Source: Candidatus Iainarchaeum sp. (GTDB lineage: Archaea; B1Sed10-29; WALL01; JAGHAM01). From it: a stretch of DNA of 36,798 bases. Numbering within the stretch: the stretch's first letter is position 1; each line of letters opens with the position of its first letter. The translations under genes and the position numbers were made by a program. A model generated the notes under the pieces. The model was not told where the DNA came from. It did not search any database and worked only from the letters and a program-made list of their open reading frames with translations. Positions 1 through 8,209 of this stretch are shown here, piece by piece. The stretch covers positions 1-36,798 of the forward strand of contig JAGHAM010000007.1 of the NCBI GenBank assembly GCA_021161465.1, written 5' to 3'.

Positions 1-31
1 CAAGGTTGGCAAAACAAATTGACAAAAGCAT
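1..31 (-). CDS. Partial 5' end of a gene running off the window. The N-terminus is hydrophobic and may belong to the ECF transporter T component.
   Basis: On the minus strand an ATG at 31-29 is followed by MLLSICFANL... reading off the window. It lies directly downstream of the ECF ATPase gene on the same strand. Too little sequence is present to assign a family. Confidence 0.2.
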   Translation of the reverse strand, partial: MLLSICFANL

Positions 32-101
32 CAAAACTATTAATCCAATCAGCTTTACCAATGGAGGCAGGCGATGCACGACAGATGGCCTATTGAAGTA
101 C

Positions 102-944
102 TCAATCACTAGTTAACCCCCTAACTAGATAATCAAGGACATCATCTAAATTAGAAAAATTTGCGTCCTTACCCGCAGACTTAAGTTTGTGAGAAAGTAG
201 GTAAGGTACGGGGATTTCAACACCACGTTTCTCAATCGCTTTTACATCCTGGAATAACTTATTTGGTGGCAGGTCATAAGCCAGCTTACCACCATCAAGA
301 AAGAGTATCCTATCAGCATTCTCCGATAAAAAGTTTGTCTTATGTTCTACAACTATGATGGTTTTTCCTGCCTCGTTAAGTTTCTTCAAGGTTTCATATA
401 TCTTACGGGTGGAATTAAAATCAAGGCTTGCAGTTGGCTCATCTAAGACCATGACTTTAGGATTCAGCGCAAGAACCGATGCCACACACACTAGCTGCCT
501 TTGCCCCTTTGATAGGTTATTGGTTTCCTTATCCAATAGGTGTGTTATCCCGACCATCTCAGCAGCAGCTTCAACGCGCCCCCTGACCTCCTCATCTGAC
601 AGACCGAAGTTCTCAGGAGCAAAAGTTATCTCATCCCATACATCCAAAGCAAAAATCTGGTCATCGGGATCCTGAAAAACAAATCCAACTGTGCCTGCCA
701 TCTCAGAAACTTTTGTTTTCCGGGTATCTAGACCACCAACTATGACCTTTCCTTTGAACTCCCCCTTTATCAAATTAGGTATCAAACCATTAAGACAGCG
801 AACTAACGTTGTCTTTCCCTCTCCAGTTCCACCAACTATGCCAACAAATTCCCCCTCGTCCACCTTCAACGAGATGTTTTGGATTGCTTTCTTATCCGAG
901 CCTTCATAGCTAAAAGAAACATCTTCAAACCGTATTAGGCTCAT
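102..944 (-). CDS. ABC-type ATP-binding protein, of the energy-coupling-factor (EcfA/CbiO-like) type
   Basis: Walker A GGTGEGKTT. ABC signature LSKGQRQLVCVASVL. Walker B VMVLDEPTASLD. It is a single NBD of 280 aa. Its stop overlaps the start of the upstream membrane gene in an ATGA. Confidence 0.8.
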   Translation of the reverse strand: MSLIRFEDVSFSYEGSDKKAIQNISLKVDEGEFVGIVGGTGEGKTTLVRCLNGLIPNLIKGEFKGKVIVGGLDTRKTKVSEMAGTVGFVFQDPDDQIFALDVWDEITFAPENFGLSDEEVRGRVEAAAEMVGITHLLDKETNNLSKGQRQLVCVASVLALNPKVMVLDEPTASLDFNSTRKIYETLKKLNEAGKTIIVVEHKTNFLSENADRILFLDGGKLAYDLPPNKLFQDVKAIEKRGVEIPVPYLLSHKLKSAGKDANFSNLDDVLDYLVRGLTSD

Positions 945-1522
945 CCAACATCCCTCAACCTAGTGAAAAATGATAGCGCCAATGCTAGTAGAAATTCAAG
1001 GGTTCCTTGTACACAGTTAAGCCCAGCTAATATTAGTGGTGGGAGGAACTTAATTGCTTCTTCCGTTGGCATCTTGAAAAACACAGGTATCGCAAAATAA
1101 TAATTGAACGGCAGAACAATGGCTACTCTAACCAACAATGCCAAAACCAGGGAAATGGAAGCGAAAACAAACAACTCATTACTGGAAAAATCTCTTATTT
1201 TTTTTCTGAACGCAACAGCTACAAGGGCAGGTACCAGGAACATGGGAAAAGTTGCTACGAACTTCATTATAGCACCAACGAAGGTGGACGGGGCAACCAA
1301 TGAAATAACAAATGATGATAGGATGGCAGTGAGCAAGGCTGTCTTAAATCCTTTCATGAAGTATGCAACCAACCAGGGAACCGCCACTATATCAATCCAT
1401 ATAAACCAAGGGGTGCTCACTCCTGTGAATACGTGACCGACCTGGAACACAACTGAAATCGCTGCCAGGAAACTTGCGAGCACCACTTCATCTACAGCTG
1501 GATTTAGTTTTGTAAATTCCAT
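941..1522 (-). CDS. Small polytopic membrane protein, likely the ECF transporter substrate-capture (S) component. Riboflavin (RibU-like) is the guess from context.
   Basis: 193 aa with about 6 hydrophobic helices and no enzymatic motifs. It is translationally coupled to the ECF ATPase and sits immediately downstream of a riboflavin kinase/regulator gene. The substrate assignment is inferred from this context only. Confidence 0.45.
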   Translation of the reverse strand: MEFTKLNPAVDEVVLASFLAAISVVFQVGHVFTGVSTPWFIWIDIVAVPWLVAYFMKGFKTALLTAILSSFVISLVAPSTFVGAIMKFVATFPMFLVPALVAVAFRKKIRDFSSNELFVFASISLVLALLVRVAIVLPFNYYFAIPVFFKMPTEEAIKFLPPLILAGLNCVQGTLEFLLALALSFFTRLRDVG

Positions 1523-1530
1523 GTAAACAC

Positions 1531-2205
1531 CTAAGCACTTATCTCCACTAGTACAGTTTCTCCTTCCTTCAATGACAGCCTTTTCTTCAGGTTATACTTA
1601 GAAGCTATCTCCAGTACATCTTCTGGATGATGCGTTCGCTCTGGTACTAGAACATGTCCTGCTACCTTCCTGTTTATGGAACATGGGTAACAGCGGATGA
1701 AACCAAAGCTCCTGCCCCTGCTCTTAAAGCCGCTTATGAATGCATGTTCAATGGCAGAAAGCCTCACTTTCTTCTGAAGTTCGCTATGTGGCAACTTGAT
1801 ATTAAGAGTACCTGGAAATGGTTCATAGCCAAGCAGATGCTTGAACTGCCGTACATACAGTGGCCTGCTCATGTAATATGCGCCCTCACCCAAGCCACTA
1901 ACCAGTTTGCCCCTAAATGATAGCCTGGAGACCTGCTTCTTCAGAATAGAATCCAGCTCTGAGCTTATGCTAAAGAAGATTTCTTCAGCTTTTTTTGTTA
2001 TTCCCACAAACTGTCCTCTGGGTGTAACCTCTCTTCGTACCAACCCAGCAGATTCTAACTCCCTAAGCAGCCGTGATGCCGTTTGCTGTGAGAACCCAAA
2101 TTCCCTAGCTAGCGAAGATGTAGAAACCGGCTTGCCGCCTTTCTCAACTTTAGCCAGATAAAGTAAGTAAGGCAATAGCTTAAAGTCTTTCAGCGTGGCA
2201 GTCAT
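1531..2205 (-). CDS. rbkR: CTP-dependent archaeal riboflavin kinase fused to an N-terminal winged-HTH domain (RbkR-type bifunctional regulator/kinase)
   Basis: The C-terminal half has archaeal RibK motifs (GLGEGAYYM, PFPGTLNIKL, and FISGFKSRGRSFGFIRCYPC). The N-terminal ~80 aa resemble a wHTH (SLAREFGFSQQTASRLLRELESAGLVRRE). The six-frame ORF extends to 2313, but the in-frame ATG at 2205-2203 (MTATLKDF...) with an AT-rich TATA-like element about 25 nt upstream is the more likely start. Confidence 0.7.
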   Translation of the reverse strand: MTATLKDFKLLPYLLYLAKVEKGGKPVSTSSLAREFGFSQQTASRLLRELESAGLVRREVTPRGQFVGITKKAEEIFFSISSELDSILKKQVSRLSFRGKLVSGLGEGAYYMSRPLYVRQFKHLLGYEPFPGTLNIKLPHSELQKKVRLSAIEHAFISGFKSRGRSFGFIRCYPCSINRKVAGHVLVPERTHHPEDVLEIASKYNLKKRLSLKEGETVLVEISA

Positions 2206-2374
2206 GCACTTATTCTGTTGAACGATGTTAATAATTGTTACGCTTAACAAAAATGAGTATCTCATGCTACGAAAAACCGGAAGGGGGAGTAGGCATTCTG
2301 TGTATGGGCTCAAAGGATGTAGTCACTACCCACTGCAAGAAAGATTTTATAACCCAATCGTCATAAAGAAAAAT
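2206..2374. promoter_or_regulatory. Unusually long (169 nt) divergent intergenic region between rbkR and the GNAT gene. It carries AT-rich promoter elements and short palindromes that are candidate operator sites.
   Basis: GTTAA-N12-TTAAC inverted repeat and the near-palindrome TAATAATTGTTA at about 2222-2245. GTAGTcACTAC palindrome at about 2324-2334. All other intergenic spacers in this window are much shorter. Confidence 0.35.
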
Positions 2375-2899
2375 ATGGCAGGCAGGGAAGTTAGGGGAAA
2401 GATACATAGGTCCATTAGGATAAGAGAGGCAAACGAGAGGGATATCCCCTCAATTATAGGCCTGATAAACCATGCCGCAAATGGGTTGAATATAGAAAGA
2501 GTGAATAAACAACGTGTCCAAAAATATCTGAAATCAGGGCTATTTCTGGTAGGGGAGGGTAAAGACAACTCAGTAGTTGGCTTAACTTATAATCCTATTT
2601 TTGACGAGATAGGCATCGCTAAAGGCATCACCGTTGTCAAAAAGCGCCACAGAGGCAAAGGCATCGGAACAGAGCTGGAAATGACCAAGGATAGGGTTTT
2701 CCAGGCTTTAGCAAACGAGTTGAAACAGGAGCTTGTAAGGCAGGAGTGGGCTGTTTCAGCAGCAGGAAAACGCTTAATGGAAAAACAAGGATTCAAAACC
2801 AGCTCTAAGCACTATAAACCGGGTGAGCTAATCAAGCTCAGCAAAGAGGAGCGCGCCCTCTTGAAGAAAGTATTAGAGAGGTTCAAACTTGCAGAGTAA
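2375..2899 (+). CDS. GNAT-family N-acetyltransferase
   Basis: Motif A-like VVKKRHRGKGIGTELE within an acetyltransferase-sized core of about 170 aa. The start is taken at MAGREV (2375). The upstream extension to 2225 has no GNAT-like sequence. Confidence 0.6.
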   Translation: MAGREVRGKIHRSIRIREANERDIPSIIGLINHAANGLNIERVNKQRVQKYLKSGLFLVGEGKDNSVVGLTYNPIFDEIGIAKGITVVKKRHRGKGIGTELEMTKDRVFQALANELKQELVRQEWAVSAAGKRLMEKQGFKTSSKHYKPGELIKLSKEERALLKKVLERFKLAE

Positions 2900-2901
2900 C
2901 C

Positions 2902-3648
2902 TCACTCCTCTTCAATTCTTGGTGCAAGGTAGTATGTAACCTCAGCATTCTCAATGAGATACTTCAGTTTCATAGGTTTATCAGTGCCAAGCGATAGAAC
3001 AACATTGGTACTGGAATCTGCGTTCTTCAGCAAGTCATTCATGTAGTCAAGCGGAAACATAGCCCGCGATTCCTTCTCGACCTTGCTCTCGATTATTTGC
3101 TTGCTGTCTTTCTTGGTTTCTATCTCAACATCCCCCTTATCGCCATGAGCCGTAATTACAAAAGCATCAGGCCTTACATTTAGAATAACATGAGAGCTAA
3201 CCAGTTGTGTGTCCTTCAGGGCCTCCTTGAGGAACGCGCCATTCAGCTTAACCACGCTTTCGAACTCGAGTTTTGGCTCGTTTGGTATGTTGCCCCCAAG
3301 GTCAAGGAGAGGCATCGTAAACCTCCTCGTTGAATTGCCCTTGAAAACAAGAACGAGTCTTGCCTTGTCTTCATCAAGCTTCATCTCAAGTTTCTCTCCA
3401 GCCCTAACTCTGTTCATCAGAACTGATAAGTCATCCACGTTTAGACCTATGCGAGACGTAGTTGGGGAAAAGCTTTCAAAAGCAGACTTTGGCAACTTAA
3501 AATCAACCATAGCTATCTGCGATGGGTCCATAGCTCTCAACATGAGTCCATCCTCATTTGCTATGAACTCGCCCTCATCTATCAACGTGCTAATTGCATC
3601 TATACACTTCTTGAACATGGTTGCATCTGAAATAACAGCTTCAAACAT
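2902..3648 (-). CDS. pcn: DNA polymerase sliding clamp PCNA
   Basis: 248 aa. The N-terminus MFEAVISDATMFKKCIDAISTLIDEGEFIANEDGLMLRAMDPSQIAMV and the length are typical of archaeal PCNA, as is the acidic C-terminus YYLAPRIEEE. A strong SD (AGAGGGGGAT) sits 6 nt upstream and a TATA-like element lies further up. Confidence 0.85.
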   Translation of the reverse strand: MFEAVISDATMFKKCIDAISTLIDEGEFIANEDGLMLRAMDPSQIAMVDFKLPKSAFESFSPTTSRIGLNVDDLSVLMNRVRAGEKLEMKLDEDKARLVLVFKGNSTRRFTMPLLDLGGNIPNEPKLEFESVVKLNGAFLKEALKDTQLVSSHVILNVRPDAFVITAHGDKGDVEIETKKDSKQIIESKVEKESRAMFPLDYMNDLLKNADSSTNVVLSLGTDKPMKLKYLIENAEVTYYLAPRIEEE

Positions 3649-3703
3649 CTTTATCCCCCTCTAGCTTTTAGTTATACAATTATTTAACGGTTTCCCAACA
3701 TGC

Positions 3704-4642
3704 TTACTTTGCAAGCAACGCTATAAGCGCCTTTTGCACATGCATCCTGTTTTCCGCCTCATCAAAAACCACTGAGTTAGGCCCATCTATTACATCATCT
3801 GTCACTTCATGGTTCCTGTGGGCAGGCAAACAGTGCATGAAGAGCGCATTGTTGGTTTTCTTCATCAGCGATTGGTTCACTTGGTATTCTTTGAATGTCT
3901 CCTCGCGCTTCTTTGCTTCAGCCTCGTCGCCCATGCTGACCCAAGTGTCAGTATAGACAACGTCAACACCTGCAACACCTTCAGAGGGGTCATTGAAAAC
4001 CTCGAATTTCGCCCCTGTCTTAGCTGCGTTCTTCTCGAACAACTTGACTGCCCACTCTTTCGGTTCATATCCCTTAGGGCAAACTGCATGATAATTCAAG
4101 CCTACCTTTGCACATGCTATCATCAACGAGTGGGAAACATTATTCGCAGCGTCCCCAATAAAAGCAACAGTCCCATTAAGGCCTATGTGCTCTTTGATTG
4201 TTAGTATATCTGCCAAAGCCTGGCAGGGGTGCTCTTTGTCTGTCAGGGCATTTATGACTGGAACCCGTGAGTTCTTAGCCATTTCCTCAAGGGTTGTGTG
4301 CTTGTAAAGCCTCGCGCATATTACATCTGAATAGCCGCTGATAACCTTAGCTGTGTCTGCTATAGTTTCACCACGCTTTATCTGCATGGTGTCAAACCCT
4401 AAATACATAGCATGTCCACCGAGCTGTGTCATACCAGCCTCAAATGAAATTCTAGTCCTCGTTGAAGGTTTTTCAAAAAGCATTGCTAGAACTTTATCCC
4501 TCATCAGAGGATGGGCTATACCTGAATGGTATTCAATTTTTAACCTCTCTGCCAGTTCCAGCACGGCATTAAACTCCCTTATCGAGAGGTCATCCATGCC
4601 AAGTAGGTGTTTTCCCTTAAGATTTAAAGACCAACAATTCAT
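3704..4642 (-). CDS. argF: Ornithine carbamoyltransferase
   Basis: STRTR carbamoyl-phosphate motif (FEKPSTRTRISFE), HCLP motif (FMHCLPAHRNHEV) and the OTCase-type DTWVSMG motif. 312 aa. Confidence 0.9.
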   Translation of the reverse strand: MNCWSLNLKGKHLLGMDDLSIREFNAVLELAERLKIEYHSGIAHPLMRDKVLAMLFEKPSTRTRISFEAGMTQLGGHAMYLGFDTMQIKRGETIADTAKVISGYSDVICARLYKHTTLEEMAKNSRVPVINALTDKEHPCQALADILTIKEHIGLNGTVAFIGDAANNVSHSLMIACAKVGLNYHAVCPKGYEPKEWAVKLFEKNAAKTGAKFEVFNDPSEGVAGVDVVYTDTWVSMGDEAEAKKREETFKEYQVNQSLMKKTNNALFMHCLPAHRNHEVTDDVIDGPNSVVFDEAENRMHVQKALIALLAK

Positions 4643-4727
4643 TTCAATCCCCTTCCGAAAGTTTTAGGTTTTAAGTTATTTAATCCTTTTGAAAAGTTTT
4701 TATTCCAAGAAGGATAGAGACTATTGT

Positions 4728-5906
4728 ATGGATTACCGGGAAATTGAGGATTACCTGTATTCTCTCCCAAGGCTAGGACTCAGGAATGGGTATGCCAGAG
4801 TCCGCGAACTCCTGGATAAGTGGGGCAACCCAGACAGGCATATAAAATTTGTTCAGGTAGCCGGCACCAATGGCAAGGGCTCAGTAACCACTATGGTCTC
4901 TACCATACTACAAGCCAACGGCTTTAAGACTGGCAAATTCGTATCCCCGCATTTAGATGCACTCACTGAACGGATACAGGTCAATGGGAGAAACATACCA
5001 GAAACGGAGCTCGTAAGGCTTGTGGAGAGCGCCATAAGCCTAAACCACAATTGCACGTTTTTTGAGCTTATGACAGCTGTAGCTATAAAGTATTTCTATG
5101 ACCAGGGTGTGGACTATGGGGTTTTGGAAGTGGGCCTTGGTGGGAGATTGGATGCCACAACTGTAGTAAAGCCAGAAGTCTGTGTGATAACCAATGTAGA
5201 CTATGACCATATGCACATCCTTGGAAAGACTATTGGGGAGATAGCGCGGGAAAAATCAGGTGTCATAAAGCCCGGCTGCACTGTGGTTACAGCAGAAAGA
5301 AAACCTGAAGCCCTGAAGGTAATCAAGGAAGCTTGCATGGACAAGGGCGTCAGGCTTGTTCAGGTAGACAGAAACAACTACAAGCTTGCTATGCTTGGGG
5401 AATTCCAGCAGTGGAATGCCGCCTGTGCCGTTGAGGCTGTAAAAGCCCTGCATATCCCGGGAATAGACCCAACAAAAGGCTTGTCCAGTGCTATAATCCC
5501 CGGGAGGGCGGAGAAGCATGGAAACATCCTGATGGATGTAGGCCACAATCCAGGGTGCATGCATGCCCTAAGCGGAGTGCTAAACGAGCTAAACTATGAA
5601 AAGCTCTTCATAGTCTTTGGTGCTAAGAGGGGCAAAGATGTAAAGGAGATGCTGAAAGTATTACCCAAACCAGACAAATTGATAATAACAAAATACAAAA
5701 TTGCACCAAATGGTATGGAAACTAAGGAACTCGTGGAAAAAGCAAAAGCTGCGGGCCTCTCTAGTAGAATAATAGTAATACAGAACGTGCGCGAAGCTCT
5801 TGAACTTGCAAAGAGCCTCGCGACCGAAAAAGACTTGGTTGTAGTTACTGGCTCAACGTTCACTGTGAGCGAGGCACGTGGAGTGGAGCGACAACTAACT
5901 GTTTAA
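4728..5906 (+). CDS. folC: Folylpolyglutamate synthase / dihydrofolate synthase (Mur-ligase family FolC)
   Basis: P-loop VAGTNGKGSVTTMVSTIL, the Mur ligase central-domain pattern, and a C-terminus VVTGSTFTVSEA. The ORF track starts at a TTG (4689). The first ATG (4728, MDYREIEDYLYSL) is preferred. Confidence 0.8.
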   Translation: MDYREIEDYLYSLPRLGLRNGYARVRELLDKWGNPDRHIKFVQVAGTNGKGSVTTMVSTILQANGFKTGKFVSPHLDALTERIQVNGRNIPETELVRLVESAISLNHNCTFFELMTAVAIKYFYDQGVDYGVLEVGLGGRLDATTVVKPEVCVITNVDYDHMHILGKTIGEIAREKSGVIKPGCTVVTAERKPEALKVIKEACMDKGVRLVQVDRNNYKLAMLGEFQQWNAACAVEAVKALHIPGIDPTKGLSSAIIPGRAEKHGNILMDVGHNPGCMHALSGVLNELNYEKLFIVFGAKRGKDVKEMLKVLPKPDKLIITKYKIAPNGMETKELVEKAKAAGLSSRIIVIQNVREALELAKSLATEKDLVVVTGSTFTVSEARGVERQLTV

Positions 5907-6567
5907 TCTTGCTCCAACTGAGAACATACCTTGGGTCTATATTCAAGAAGGGCAAACCCGCCTTCTGCACCAGCGTGTTAGCTGCAACAAAAGACACACT
6001 TATACCAAGCGCGAATAATATCCTCTCCACAAATACCACGGGTATCAGCGCGAGCCAGAACTGTGGCGTCATCCCATACACATAAAGGAACGCAGTAGAA
6101 CCAACAGCATGGGCCGTAAAGGTCGTGCCAAGGCTTCTCATAAAGAGGTTGTCCTTGAACCAGAACGCACCTATCACTGGTATCAGCCAGTACAGTGGGT
6201 AAATCCATGCCTGCGCGCCAATGGGGTTAAGCCAGAAGAGTGCAATGCACAGCAACGGAACCGCCGATATCGCTTTCCTCTTTGTGCCGAAGTAGATGGC
6301 TGCAACTGCCATTGGGAAAATCCTTGCTACCGAAAACAAGTCAGTTACTCCAGTAGTTGCCGTGTGTATCAGCTCAACAACTATAACCGAGACCGCTCCA
6401 AAAGCAGGCGAGAAGATACCAGCTCCTATTGGCCCTATGAACTGGAACAACGTAAAGCTTTTGTTTTCTGTTCCTAGTATCGACGAAAAGTTTATTTGAT
6501 AGCAAACTAAGGCTATCACCGTAAAGATAGCTAAAAATAACAGTTTTTTCTTTGTTTCGATTTTCAT
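5860..6567 (-). CDS. Polytopic integral membrane protein of unknown function. A vitamin S-component-like role is possible but unsupported.
   Basis: 235 aa from the ATG at 6567 (MKIETKKKLLFLAIFTV...), with about 6-7 hydrophobic helices. A G-rich SD (GGGGGG) lies just upstream. The 3' end overlaps the folC 3' end convergently by 47 nt. Confidence 0.4.
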   Translation of the reverse strand: MKIETKKKLLFLAIFTVIALVCYQINFSSILGTENKSFTLFQFIGPIGAGIFSPAFGAVSVIVVELIHTATTGVTDLFSVARIFPMAVAAIYFGTKRKAISAVPLLCIALFWLNPIGAQAWIYPLYWLIPVIGAFWFKDNLFMRSLGTTFTAHAVGSTAFLYVYGMTPQFWLALIPVVFVERILFALGISVSFVAANTLVQKAGLPFLNIDPRYVLSWSKIKQLVVAPLHVPRSQ

Positions 6568-6623
6568 ATTGAACCCCCCAATTTTTTCTGCTCTGAGATT
6601 TATTAAGTTAACGTCTGGTTGCA

Positions 6624-7385
6624 CTAACACCACATCTTACCAGGGTAGCCGTGCCCAAGTGTAAGTATATGAAACGTCATCATTTTTATGTGACCTATAA
6701 GTGGGATAACAAAGAGGTCTCTCCCTATTGCCTCGTCTGCTCTAACAGGTGTTGCTATGCATCCTGGCCAGCCTTTGTCCTTGTCAGTGCATATACTTGA
6801 TATAAAAGGATCTGGCTGGATGCATCTGTTCCCTGACCAAACTCCACAATCAATCTTAGCCGCATCAGGTATCGTGTTGGCATCGCCTTTGGTTATGTAA
6901 TACCTGCCTTCGGGTGTTTCAACCTTGGCTATGACCCTATGGATTATCTGCTCGCCAGAAATCCTGGAAACATAAACCATGATATCTCCCTTTTTGGTAA
7001 CCGGAACTGTCTGATTATTCGGGAATATCAGCTCTTTGGTTTCCTTACGATAGTCGTTGGGCCATATCTTAAAGGACACTGGCGAGTCCAGCTTGACAAG
7101 CGGGGCATGAACTTCATCAAAAGAAACGCCCTGCAGAACAACCACATCGCCCACATTTAAGGCACCTTTCATAGAACAACTCTGGACTATGACTGCTGGA
7201 GGGTTGGCACCAAGTATCAATGGGAATATGATAAAATACAGCAGTGCAGCAAATAGAAAACCAACGACTATATCAACCAGTTCAGCCTTCCATCCGGAAA
7301 GCTCGTACTTCCTCTTTAGGTAATCCGCCGGGTCAAGCTTATTCATGGACTTCCTAAATGATGTTATCTTACCCAAATATGCCAC
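6624..7385 (-). CDS. Signal peptidase I (S26/Sec11-type) with a Cys-rich C-terminal extension
   Basis: An N-terminal TM helix is followed by the catalytic-Ser box VQSCSMKGALNVGDVVVL. The conserved GDN-type box is YITKGDANTIPD. An unusual Cys-containing tail follows (CGVWSGNRCIQPDPFISSICTDKDKGWPGC). MNKLD at 7346 is an alternative start. Confidence 0.55.
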   Translation of the reverse strand: MAYLGKITSFRKSMNKLDPADYLKRKYELSGWKAELVDIVVGFLFAALLYFIIFPLILGANPPAVIVQSCSMKGALNVGDVVVLQGVSFDEVHAPLVKLDSPVSFKIWPNDYRKETKELIFPNNQTVPVTKKGDIMVYVSRISGEQIIHRVIAKVETPEGRYYITKGDANTIPDAAKIDCGVWSGNRCIQPDPFISSICTDKDKGWPGCIATPVRADEAIGRDLFVIPLIGHIKMMTFHILTLGHGYPGKMWC

Positions 7386-7947
7386 CCCGTGTTATCCCAG
7401 AGGCTATGATATGAGCCAGCCTCAATCCTTCTGGCAAGCTATCCCTTGAACAATCTTTGATTAAAAGCTTTGCCCCACTTTCTGTAGTCCCAGAGAATTG
7501 AAAAAACAACTTCCCATATTCCAGCAAAGGACCATTAGAGAGCACTGTAGCCCACTTCTTCTGTGGGTCTTGTGTTTTGTCAACGGCCCTCTTCAATGAC
7601 TCAAAGTCCGGCTTTTTTCTTGTAATTGATATTGTAGGCAAGCCGGTTTCCCTGCTAATCTCAGCTAAGTCAACAACGTTAAGCCCACCAAGGGCTATTC
7701 CATCGATGAAAATTGCATTCATGTTCTGGGGAGTTTCTTTCACAAGCTTGATAATGGTTGTTGTAGAGTCGTTTCCATCTATAGTAACTTTCCCTGCTAC
7801 CACATTTTCAACAGTGTCATTACCCCTCATCACAACACCAACTATAACTACTTCTCCCCTGAACTCAGAAAATGAGCCATCATCAAAACTTATGGTCCTT
7901 GGCTTGCCCATAGAACGCCTCGATAAATCAGGCCTTAGCCATTTCAC
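7369..7947 (-). CDS. DUF99/UPF0215 family protein (the family recently described as endonuclease dU in Thermococcales)
   Basis: Family signature pattern ISFDDGSF...VVIVGVVMRG...IFIDGIALGGLNVVDL...TGLPTISITRKKPD. It lies directly downstream of rpoL, as is common in archaea. MGKPR at 7911 is an alternative start. Confidence 0.65.
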   Translation of the reverse strand: MKWLRPDLSRRSMGKPRTISFDDGSFSEFRGEVVIVGVVMRGNDTVENVVAGKVTIDGNDSTTTIIKLVKETPQNMNAIFIDGIALGGLNVVDLAEISRETGLPTISITRKKPDFESLKRAVDKTQDPQKKWATVLSNGPLLEYGKLFFQFSGTTESGAKLLIKDCSRDSLPEGLRLAHIIASGITRGGIFG

Positions 7948-8209
7948 GGCTTAACTGCTTTTTGAAATCCTTACATTCACTGTCAAGCAAATCTATTGCA
8001 TCCTTGAGTGCATTAACTGGCTTTTTGTTTTTAGTCCTCAAAAACAAACGGGGCGTCCCTATCAAGGGGTGGTCTAACTCATAAACGGCCATTTCAACTC
8101 GCGGGTCCTTAAGTAAAGCCCAGCATAGCAACCCTGGATAAGAGTGCTCCTCGCCCTCAAGCTCAAAAACCAGTGAATTTTTGGTTTCCTCAATAACTGC
8201 AAACTTCAT
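7928..8209 (-). CDS. rpoL: DNA-directed RNA polymerase subunit L (Rpb11 homologue)
   Basis: 93 aa. MKFAVIEETKNSLVFELEGEEHSYPGLLCWALLKDPRVEMAVYELDHPLIGTPRLFLRTK matches the archaeal RpoL pattern. It overlaps csl4 by 4 nt. Confidence 0.85.
   Translation of the reverse strand: MKFAVIEETKNSLVFELEGEEHSYPGLLCWALLKDPRVEMAVYELDHPLIGTPRLFLRTKNKKPVNALKDAIDLLDSECKDFKKQLSREMAKA

Noticed and set aside
355-909. Plus-strand ORFs of 106 and 72 aa inside the ABC ATPase gene
   Set aside because: They are antisense shadow ORFs within a well-supported minus-strand CDS. Their products are low-complexity Ser/Pro/Thr-rich sequences with no start context.
2225-2374. N-terminal extension of the GNAT ORF (MLIIVTLNKNEY...)
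   Set aside because: It has no acetyltransferase-like sequence and would consume the divergent promoter and palindrome region. An internal ATG at 2375 gives a normal-sized GNAT.
2206-2374. Possible FMN riboswitch or tRNA in the long rbkR upstream spacer
   Set aside because: I could not find FMN-riboswitch conserved blocks or tRNA features (no GTTCRANYC T-loop, no acceptor-stem pairing).
4689-4727. TTG-initiated start for folC
   Set aside because: The ORF track uses a TTG at 4689. The first ATG at 4728 has a better context (an AAGGA upstream) and gives a typical FolC N-terminus.
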